Source: the human T2T-CHM13v2.0 reference genome, Homo sapiens. From it: 64,000 bases of DNA. Made by a program: the position numbers and the translations under genes. The notes below the pieces were generated by a model. That model did not search any database and was not told the DNA's origin. It saw nothing but the letters and a program-made list of their open reading frames with translations. The stretch's first letter is position 1. Every line of letters begins with the position of its first letter. The stretch spans positions 17,600,001-17,664,000 of the forward strand of contig CP086569.2 in NCBI GenBank assembly GCA_009914755.4, written 5' to 3'. Shown one piece after another: positions 53,652 through 64,000 of the stretch.

Positions 53652-56600
53652 GATTTTATTTACGTTCTGGGATACATGTACAGAACGTACAGTTTTGTTA
53701 CGTAGTTATACAAATGCCGTGGTGGTTTGCCACACCCATCAACCAGTCATCTACATTAGGTATTTCTCCTCATGTTATCCCTCCCTTAGCCCCCCACCCG
53801 TCAACAGGCCCCAGTGTGTGATGCTCCCCTCCCTGTGTTCCTGTGTTCTCCCTGTTCAACTTCCACTTATGACTGAGAACATGCGGTGTTTGGTTTTCTC
53901 TTCCTGTGTTAGTTTGCTGAGAATGATGGTTTCCATGTTCATCCATGTCCCTGCAAAGGACATGAACTCTTCCTTTTTTATGGCTGCATAGTATTCCTTG
54001 GTGTATATATGCCACATTTTCTTTATCCAGTCTATCAGTGATAGGCATTTGAATTGGTTCCAAGTCTTTGGTATTGTGAACAGTGCTCCAAGAAACATAC
54101 AGGTGCATTTGTCTTTATAATAGAATACTTTATAATCTTTTGGGTATATACCTAATAATGGGATTGCTGGGTCAAATGGTATTTCTTGTTCTAGATCCTT
54201 GAGTAATTGCCACACTGTCTTTCACCATGATTGAATTAACTTACATTCCCACAAACAGGGTAAAGTTGTTCCTATTTTTCCACATCCTCTCCAGCACCTG
54301 TTGTTTCCTGATTTTTTGATGATTGCTGTTCTAACTGGCATGGCCACATTAATGTCTATTTTTGAGAAATGTCTGTTAATATCCTTCATACAGTTTTTGA
54401 TGACGTTTTGTTTTTTTTCTTCTAAAATTATTTAAGTTCTTTGTAGATTCTGGATATTAGCCCTTTGTCAGATGGATAGATTACTAAAATTTTCTCCTGT
54501 AGGTGGCCTATTCATTCTGATTATAGTTTCTTTTGCTGTGCAGAAGCTATTTAGTTAAATTAGATCCTGTTTGTCAATTCTGCCTTTCTTGTCATTGCTT
54601 TTGGTGTTTTAGTCATGAAGTCCTTGCCCATGTCAATGTCCTGAATAGTATTGCCTAGGCCTTCTTCTAGGGTTGGTCATGGTTTTAGGTCTTACATTTA
54701 AGGCTTTAATCCATCTTGAGTTAATTTTTGTATAAGGTATAAGGAAGGGGAACAGTTTCAGCTTTCTGCATGTGGCTCACCAGTTTTCCCAACACCATTT
54801 ATTAATTAGGGAATCCCTTCCCCATTGCTTGTTTTTGTCAGGTTTGTCAAAGATCAGATGGTTGTAGATGAGTGGTTTTATTTCTGAGGTCTCTGTTCTG
54901 TTCCATTGGTCTATATATCTTTTTTGGTATCAGTACCATACTGTTTTGGTTACTGTAGTCTTGTAGTACAGTTCAAAGTCAGGAAGTGTGATGCCTCCAC
55001 CTTTGTTCTTTTATCTTAGGATTGTCTTGGCTATACAGGCTCTTTTTTCGTTCCATATGAAATTTAAAATAGTTTTTTTCTAATTCTGTGAAGAAAGTCA
55101 ATGGTAGCTTGATGGGGAGAGCATTGAATCTATAAATCACTTTGGACAGTATGGCCATTTTCATGATACTGATTTTTCTTGTCCATAGGATGGAATGTTT
55201 TTTCCATTTGTTTGTGTCCTCTCTTATTTTCCTGAGCAGTGGTTTGTAGTTCTCCTTGAAGATGTCCTTCACAACCCTTGTAAGTTGCATTCCTAGATAT
55301 TTTATTCGGTTTGTAGCAATTGTGAATAGGAGTTCACTCATTATTTGGCTCTCTGCCTATTACTGGTGTATAGGAATGCTTCTGATTTTTGTACATTGAT
55401 TTTGTATCCTGAGAATTTGCTGAATTTCCTTATCAGCTTAAGGAGATTTGGGGCTGCAATGATAGGGTTTTCTAAATATACAACCATGTCACCTGCAAAC
55501 AGAGACTATTTGACTTCCTCTCTACCTATTTGAATACGCTTTATTTCCTTCTCTTGCCTGATTGCCATGGCCAGAACTTCGAATACTATGTTGAACAGGA
55601 GTGGTGAGAGAGGACATCCTTGTGTTGTGTGAGTTTTCAAAGGGAATCTTTCCAGCTTCAGCCTATTCAGTGTTATATTGGCTGTGAGTTCATCATAAAT
55701 AGCTTCTATTATTTTGAGATACATTCCACCAATACCTAGTTTATTGAGAGTTTTTAGCATAAAGCAGTGTTGAATTTTGTCAAAGACCTCTTCTGCATCT
55801 ATTGAGATAATCACGTGGTTTTTTTCATTGGTTCTGTTTACGTGATGGATTACATTTATTGACTTGCATGTATTGAACCAGCCTTGCATCCCAAGGATGA
55901 AGCCAGTTTGATTGTGGTGGGTAAGCTATTTGATGTGCTGTTGGATTCAGTTTGCCAGTATTTTACTGATGATTTTTGCATCTTTATTCACCAGAGATAT
56001 TGGCCTGAAATTTCCTTTTTTTTTTTCTGTGTCTCTACCAGGTTTTGGTATCATAATGATGCTGGTCTCATAAAATGAGTTACGGAAACGTCCTTTTTTT
56101 TTGGGGGGAATATTTTCAGAATGAATGGTACCAGCTCCTGTTTTTGTCTTTGGTAGAATTTGGCTGTTAATTCTTCTGGTCTTAGGGATTTCTTGGTTGG
56201 TAGGCTATTAATTACTCTCTCAATTTCAGAACTTGTTATTGGTCTATTCAGAGATTTGACTTATTCCTGGTTTAAACTTGGGAGAGTGTATGTTTCTAGG
56301 AATTTATCTATTTCTTCCAGATTTTCTAGTTTATTTGCTAGAGGTGTTCTCTGATTTTTTGTAGTGTTCTTTGATGGTAGTTTGGATTTCTGTGGGATCA
56401 GTGGTGATATCACCTTTATCATTTTTTGTTTCATCTATTTGATTCTTCTCTCTATTCTTCATTATTATTCTGGCTAGTGGTATATTTATTTTGTTAATCT
56501 TTTCAAAAAATCACCTCCTGGATTCACTGACATTTTTGAAGGGATTTTCCTATCTCTATCTCCTTCAGTTCTGCTCTGATCTTAGTTGTTTCTTGGCTTC

Positions 56601-59600
56601 TGCTAGCTTTTGAATTTGTTTGCTCTTGCTTCTGTAGTTCTTTTAATTGTGATGGTAGGGTGTCAGTTGTAGATCTTTCCCACTTTCTTTGTGGGAAGTT
56701 AGTGTTATAATTTTCCTATAAACACAGCTTTAACTGTTTCCCAGGGATTCAGAAACACTGTGTCTTTGTTCTCACTGATTTCATAGAACTTATTTGTTTC
56801 TGCCTTAATTTAGTTGTGTGTCAAGTAGTCATTCAAGAGCAGGGTGTTTAGCTTCCATGTAGTTATCTGGTTTTGAGGGTGTTTCTTAGTGCTGAGTTCT
56901 AATTTTATCGCACAGTGGTCTGAGACACTGTTTGCTATGATTTTTGATCTTTTGCATTTACTGAGGAGTGTTTTACTTCCAATTATGTGGTCAATTTTAG
57001 AATAAGTGTGACGCTGCACTGAGGAGAATATATATTCTGTTGATTTGGGGTGGAGAGTTCTGTAGATGTCTATTAGGTCTGCTCAGTCCACAGCTGAGTT
57101 CAAATCCTGAATATCCTTGTTAATTTTCTGTCTCATAGATCTGTCTAATATTGACAATGGGGTATTAAAGTTTCCCAGTATTATTGTATGGGAGTCTAAG
57201 TCTCTTTGTAAGTGTCTAAGAACTTGTATTAAGAATCTGGGTTCTGCTGTATTGTTTGCATGTATATTTAGCATAGTTAGTTCTTCTTGTTCCACTGATC
57301 GCTTTACCATTATTTAATGGCCTTCTATGTCTTCTTTGATCTTTGTTGGTTTAAAGTCTGTTTTATCAGAAACTAGGATTGCAACTCCTGCTTTCTTTTT
57401 GCTTTCCATTTGCTTGGTAAATATTCCTCCATCCCTTTATTTTAAACCTGTGAGTGTCTTTGCATGTGAGATGCATCTCTTGAGTACAGCACACTGAAGG
57501 GTTTTGCTACATCCAATTTGCCAGTCTGTGTCTTTTAATTGCGGAATTTAGCCCATTTACATTTAAGGTTAATATTGTTATGTGTGAATCTGATTCTGCC
57601 ATTATGATGTTAGCTGATTGTTTTGTCTGTTAGTTAATGCAGTTTCTTCATAGTGTCAGTGGTCTTTACAATTTGGCATGTTTTTGCAGTGGCTGGTATC
57701 AGTATTTTTTTTTTCCATATTTAGTGCTTCCCTTAGGAGCTCTTGTAAGGCAGGAAAGGTGGTGACAAAAACTCTCAGTATTTTCCTGTCTCTACAGGAT
57801 TTCACTTACGTAGCTTAATTTGGCTGGATATAAAATTCTGAGTTGAAAGTTCTTTTCTTTAAGGATGTTGAATATTTGCCCCTACTTTCTTCTGCCTTGT
57901 AGGGTTTCTGCAGAGATATCCACTGTTAGTATAATGGGCTTCCCTTTGTGGGTAACCCAACATTTTTTTGTGGCTGCCCTTAACATTTTTTCCTTTATTT
58001 CAACTTTGGTGAATCTGACGATTATGTGCTTAGGGTTGCTCTTCTTGAGGAGTACCTTTGTGTTGTTCTCTGTATTTTTTGAATTTGAATGTTGGCCTGC
58101 CTTGCTAAGTTGCTAAAGTTGTCCTGGATAATATCTGGAAGAGTGTTGTCTAACTTGGTTCTGTCCTCCCTATCACTTTCAAGTACACCAATCAAATGTA
58201 GGTTTGGTCTTTTCACGTAGTCCCATATTTCTCTGAGGCTTTGTTCCTTTTCATTTTTTTTTTTCCTAATCTTGCCTTCACGTTTTATTTCATTAAGGTG
58301 GTCTTCATTCTCTGATATCCTTTCTTCCACTTGATTGATTCGGCTATTGATATTTGTGTATGCTTCATGAAGTTCTAGTATTGTGTTTTTCAGCTCTATC
58401 GGGTCATTTATGTTCTTCTCTAAACTGGTTACTCTAGTTAGCAATTTCTCTAACAATTTTTCAAGGTTCTTAGCTTCTTGCATTGGGTTAGGATATACTC
58501 CTTTAGCTCAGAGGGGTTTGTTTTTACCCACCTTCTGAAGCCTACTTCTGTTAATTAGTCAAACTCATTCTCTGTCCAGTTTTGTTCCCGTGCTGGCAAG
58601 GAGTTGTGATCCTTTGGAGGAGAAAAGGCCTTCAAGTTTTTGGAATTTTCAGCCATTTTTGCTGATTTTTCCTCATCTTATCTACCTTTGTTCTTTGATT
58701 TTGGTGACCTTTGGATTGGGTTTTGTGTGGTCATTCTTTTTGTTGATGTTAATGCTATTCCTTTCTGTTTGTTAGTTTTCCTTCTATTTGTCAGGCCCCT
58801 CTGCTGCACTTATGCTGGAGTTTGCTGGAGGTCTACCTCAGACCCTGTTTGCTTCGGTATCACCAGTGGAGCCCGCATAACAGCAAAGATTGCTGCTTGT
58901 TTCTTCCTCTGGAAGTTTCGTCACAGAGGGGCACGTGCCAGAGGCCAGCAAGAGCTCTCCTGTATGAAGTGTCTGTTGACCCCTGCTGGGAGGTTTCTCC
59001 CCATCAGGAGGCACGGGGTTCAGGAACCCACTTAAGGCAGTCTGTCCCTTAGAACAGCATGCATCCTATGCTGGGGGATACACTGGTCTCTTCAGAACCA
59101 GCAGGCAGAAATATTTCTGTCTGCTGAAGCTGTGCCAAGAGCTGCCCTTTCTCCCAGGTGCTCTTTCCCAGGGAGAATGTAGTTTTATCCATTAGCCCCT
59201 TACTGGGCCTGCTGCTTTTCTTTCAGAGATGCCCTGCCCAGAAAGGAGAAACCCTAGAGAAGCAGTCTGTCTACAAGGACTTTGCTACTCTGAGGTGGGC
59301 TCCACCCAGTTTGAACTTCTGTCAGCTTTGTTTACACTGTGAGGGGAAAACAACCTACCTAACCCTTAGTAATGGCAGAAGCCCCTCCCTGCACCAAGCT
59401 CAAGTGTCCCAGGTTGATTTCAGACTGCTGTACTGGCTGCAAGAATTTCAAGCTCATGGATCTTAGCTTGCTGGGCTCCATGGGAGTGGAATCTGATGAG
59501 CTAGGCCACTTGGCTCCCTGGCTTCAGCCCCCTTTCCATGGGAGTGAATAGTTCTGTCCCACAGGTGTTCCAGGTGCCACTGGGGTATGGAAAAAAAAAA

Positions 59601-60012
59601 AAAAAAAAAACTTCTGCAGTTAGCTCAATATCTGTCCAAATGGCCACCCAGTTTTGTGCTTGAAATTCAGGTTCCTGGTGGTGTAGGCATCTGAGGCAAT
59701 CTCCTGGTATGTGGGTTGTGAAGACTGTGGGAATAGTGTAGTATCTGGGCCAGAATGCACTGTTCCTCACAGCACAGTCCTTCACGACTTCCGTTAGCTA
59801 GGAGAGGGAGTTCCCTGACCCCTTGCACTTCCCAAATGAGGTGATGCTCCACCCTGCTTCTGCTCTTTGGGCTGCACCACCTTTCTAACCAGTCCCAATG
59901 AGACGAGCTGGGTACCTCAGTTGGAAATGCGGAAATTACCCACCTTCTTCATTGATTTCGCTGGGAGCCTCAGACTGGAGCTTTTCCTATTCAGCCATCT
60001 TGCCAGCCACCC
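53652..60012 (-). mobile_element. Full-length L1 (L1PA, intermediate-age), ~6.36 kb, with the canonical 5' terminus present; ORF1 and ORF2 are degenerate
   Basis: The 3' end antisense reads 'ttatttacgttctgggatacatgtacagaacgtacagttttgttacgtagttatacaaatgccgtggtggtttgccacacccatcaaccagtcatctacattaggtatttctcc'. The 5' terminus antisense 'ggagcttttcctattcagccatcttgccagccacccc' is the reverse complement of the canonical L1 start GGGG(G)AGGAGCCAAGATGGCCGAATAGGAACAGCTCC. The track ORFs 58022-58483(-) (ORF1: …REIWDYVKRPNLHLIGVLESDREDRTKLDNTLPDIIQDNFSNLARQANIQIQKIQRTTQRYSSRRATL), 57083-57310(-) and 56810-57019(-) (ORF2 EN), 55506-55889(-) (ORF2 RT: …[88 protein letters not shown]…), 54979-55341(-) and 53856-54215(-) are all L1-derived but split across frames. 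Confidence 0.96.
58022..58483 (-). pseudogene. L1 ORF1 remnant (coiled-coil and RRM region), not intact
   Basis: 153-aa track ORF with the L1 ORF1p signature 'REIWDYVKRPNLHLIGV(P/L)ESD...NTLQDIIQENFPNLARQANIQIQEIQRTPQRYSSRRATPRH' in diverged form. It is truncated at both ends relative to the ~338-aa ORF1p. Confidence 0.85.
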
Positions 60013-61161
60013 CTTAATTTCCATATAGAGCATGGTGTATATATATCTATAATTCATGTATATACATGATTTTATGTATTGGAAAATCATGAAATATTAA
60101 TAAAGTCATGTAGCATTAGATAAAGTAACACATTGAAATATAAAAGGCTGTGACTTAATCAAAAGCTAACACAACAGGCAACAATAAATATAAATTAGCT
60201 GTTTTTAATCTATTTAAAGACAGAATATGTCATATTTAAATTAACAAAGAGGAATATATTGCTATAAAATCAACCATGAGCACCACTATAACATAATAGC
60301 ATGAGGACAATGTCAATGTCTATTAACCAAGAAGGTGTTAAATAAACCATGGTTCCTTCACCCAGGGAATCACCAAACAACATTATTTAAAATTCTACAA
60401 TTTAATTTTTAACTATTTTAAATATAATATGAAAAGTTGACTTATTTTATGTATGGGTGTAATTATTAATTAAAACAAAAGTGGTATACTACAAGATCTA
60501 TTCCAATTTACGTAGTAAATACCTGTGATGACACACAGGATGGCAACAAAAAAAATAAAATAAATAAAATAACTTTGAAGAGTAAAAACCATCAACTAAT
60601 TTATCCAGAAGTTTTTGAGGCTGGGGAATGTTGATTTATATTTCTTATATTATTCAGTAGTTATGAGTATTCTTAGACACTTTTTAGAAATAAAGAGCTT
60701 CACTTAGGAAATAAATTTCCCATGAAAAAAATGATTAGAAGATTATATATTTAAAAAGTTATGAATTTTATTAAGGGAAATTGTAAAAAATTTGAAAACA
60801 ATATAATAAGACAGAAATAAGGCTTATGGTATATTAAAGTATGTTATGCTATGCCATATATGAATATATTACATGAATCTTAATCAATTTTGCCCTTCAG
60901 ATATTTTTTTTTCTGCTTACACCAAAATATCCATTTTATCAGAAAACACAAGACTCAGTTATTCCCAAATTCATGATGAAACAAAATGAGAAATATATCT
61001 GGACACCTCTCTAAATATCCAAAAGCTAGACTAATGCTTCTTGTACATAGGGAATCATGACACAATTTTACCCAGAACCAGAGGACATAAATCCATTTGT
61101 GAGAGTAAATTGACTGAGGTTTAATATAGCAATACAAATGGAAATCCCACATGCATTGTTA

Positions 61162-61238
61162 TTAGGTTGGTGCAAAAGTAAATGCGGCTTTTGCCATTTA
61201 AAGTAACAGCAAAAACCGTAATTACTTTTGCACCAGCC
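61162..61238. mobile_element. MADE1 (Hsmar1-derived 80-bp palindromic MITE)
   Basis: 'ttaggttggtgcaaaagtaaatgcggcttttgccatttaaagtaacagcaaaaaccgtaattacttttgcaccagcctcac' versus the MADE1 consensus TTAGGTTGGTGCAAAAGTAATTGCGGTTTTTGCCATTAAAAGTAATGGCAAAAACCGCAATTACTTTTGCACCAACCTAA. The two halves are inverted copies of each other. Confidence 0.8.
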
Positions 61239-61973
61239 TCACAGTAAACCAGTAATTAAAATACCATAAACTATTAAGTGAAAAGTATACAAAAATTAAG
61301 ACATTTTAACACACAGTGCATTACAGATTAAACAAAATGAGAAATATCTAGGGTCAGGCTAATATTCCATTGAACGTGTTTATGTCTCCAGTTCACTGAA
61401 TTTAACATTGGCAGAATGGTTTGAAATAGCTTTTCTGTCCTGCTTTACTCACAAGTGCAGTCTTGGAAAATTTCACAAATTATCCATTCAATGATTATTT
61501 ACTGAACCCAAATATTACTTTATTGAACAGTGTTCTAGGTGCCTGGGAAATCCCAGTAAACGAAATAAACCAACATCCTTGCTCCCTTCAAATAGCTGTT
61601 CTAGACATTGGAGACAGATGATGAACGCTAGCAATTATGCTAAGAAATGAATAGGCCGTATATTTGAAAAGGACACTGGGTAAGGAAAAGGGCAGGCTGA
61701 ACAAGTCACAGAGGAGTCCTGGGTAAGGGGAGAGATCTACAATGTAAACACAAGGAGAAATTGGGGCAGATGTAAAGGAAATGGAGGTACTGACCAATAA
61801 GGAACTATGAAATGATTCTTCCGGGCAGAGGATGCAGACAGGGAGAGATTATTATTACATTAATGGCAGTCATAATAGAAGAAGAAAGCAGTTGCTTACT
61901 GCGTGCCTCCCCTCTTGTGAAGTCACTGAGCTCTTTGAACTACAACATTTTTTCCTATTGATAGTAGTATTAG

Positions 61974-62281
<308 letters not shown>

Positions 62282-63483
62282 CAATGTAAATTTTTAATAA
62301 GAAGAATTGTAAAGCAATACTAAGCTAACTATGTTTCATGTATATGATATATGGTTATATAAATGCATAGCTCAAATATTCTTTCAAAACATACAGCATA
62401 TATCTGAAATATACAATTAAATATTATATGCACATTTTTTACTCTTAAATGATTTTTCTTCCCATTATGTTCTTTCATCATTTAGTAATTTCACAAAATT
62501 AAAAAATATCCTGCTCTCATGGTGATTTGGATTAATCCTCTTTTTGGGTTAAACATAAATAAGATGCATATTTATCTTTTACTTGGATATAATAAACTAT
62601 TTTAAAACGTGGAACAGGAAAAAGATTTTTATTACAAAATGTTGTTCTCTAAATATAACATTCATGATAGATACTGATGATTTTGACTGAAATGAAACAT
62701 CAAACTCTGACAGTCACATTAATGTAGAAGTTTATTCTATGCACCCCAAGGAAAGTAATCAGCTTATGTCACTTCATATATTTAAACAGCTACCAGATAC
62801 ATCTCTTTTGTCAAGATGCTGTTATTAACATACTATTTTAACACATCAAGTGATTAATGGAATATACAATTATAAAGTTAGGTCATATTTGAGAATTAGT
62901 TTTAGTTGTATGCATAAAAGAATCATCTCTTATTCCATAGAACAGAAATCCCAGTGTAATAAGGTTTTGCTCTTGATAATGTGGACCCACATGTTATTTG
63001 AACCAAAAATTTTCCTAAAAACAACTTGAAGTTTGAAGAAAAAGATGAACTTTTAAAGTGTTATTATAGTTACAAATATAAGAATCAAGTCTAAGTGAAA
63101 GTTCAAACATGGAGAAATTTTTTTTAAAAAAATAATAAAATTGTAAAACCACTTTCAATACTTTTCATTAAAATAAGTGGCAATTAACTAAAGCTTTGTT
63201 TGCAAGATTAAAATTGGATGTCTGATGCTAGTGGAATGGTATTTTCAATGTGCTCACTTCACTAGGTTGAAGATTATTATATTTTTACAAACAGTTTTTT
63301 TCTCCAAATTCAGTGAATTTATTTTGGATCATAGGCCACTTTAAACTACTCAAGACTCTTTCTTTTAGACATGAAAATACTAAAATCTGTGTTTTTCTGC
63401 AGACAAATAAATTTTAAAAAAGAAAAAATTTCTTTTACATTTTCAAGTGGCCATATGAAATCTAATCAAAGAGGTGATAAATT

Positions 63484-64000
63484 TTTTTCTTTTTTTTATT
63501 ATACTTTAAGTTCTAGGGTACTTGTGCACAATGCACAGGTTTGTTACATATGTATACATGTGTCATGTTGGTGTGCTGCACCCATTAACTTGTCATTTAC
63601 ATTAGGTATATCTCCTAATGCTATGCTTCCCCCCTCCCCCAACCCCATGACAGGCTCTGGTGTGTGATGTTCCCCTTCCTGTGTCCAAGCGTTCTCACTC
63701 TTCAATTCCCACCTATGAGTGAGAACATGTGGTGTTTGGTTTTTTGTCCTTGCAATAGTTTGCTGTGAATAATGATTTCCAGCATCATCCATGTCCCTAC
63801 AAACGACATGAACTCATCATTTATTTATGCATAGTATTCCATGGTGTATATGTGCCACATTTTCTTAATCCAGTCTATCATTGTTGGACATTTGGGTTGG
63901 TTCCAAGTCTTTGCTATTGTGAATAATGCCACAATAAACATACGTGTGCATGTGTCTTTATAGCAGCATGATTTATAGTCCTTTGGGTATATACCCAGTA
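63484..64000 (-). mobile_element. L1 3' end (younger L1PA2/3- or L1HS-like, antisense), truncated by the window edge
   Basis: 'ttttttcttttttttattatactttaagttctagggtacttgtgcacaatgcacaggtttgttacatatgtatacatgtgtcatgttggtgtgctgcacccattaacttgtcatttacattaggtatatctcctaatgctatgcttcccccc...ttcaattcccacctatgagtgagaacatgtggtgtttggttttttgtccttgc'. The 'catgttggtgtgctgcacccattaac...tcatttacattaggtatatctcc' variant is typical of the youngest L1PA/L1HS 3'UTRs, unlike the 'catggtggtttgctgcacccatcaac' form in the two large L1s. Confidence 0.9.

Overview
This window is not prokaryotic. It is primate (human-like) nuclear DNA, AT-rich and gene-poor, and roughly half of it is interspersed repeats. It is most likely deep intronic or intergenic.

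I recognise at least 22 Alu SINEs in both orientations. One of them, at 51470-51800, is a CpG-rich, young AluY-like copy flanked by a target-site duplication.

Three LINE-1 (L1) elements lie on the minus strand: a 5'-truncated ~5.9 kb copy at 38519-44372 that carries a nested Alu, a full-length ~6.4 kb copy at 53652-60012, and a young-looking 3' end at 63484 that runs off the window.

There are five or more further L1 fragments, two MaLR/THE1-type solo LTRs, a MADE1 mariner MITE, several ancient repeats of uncertain family, an ~750 bp GATA/TAGA compound microsatellite, a ~550 bp TA/CA-rich low-complexity block, and (AAAT)n, (CA)n and (TATAGA)n microsatellites.

Almost every ORF in the supplied six-frame track falls inside Alu or L1 sequence or in AT-rich unique DNA. 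I cannot support any host protein-coding exon, RNA gene, CRISPR array, operon or defence system. Prokaryotic concepts do not apply here.

I see no evidence of a novel biological system. The observations worth a second look are listed in the findings.
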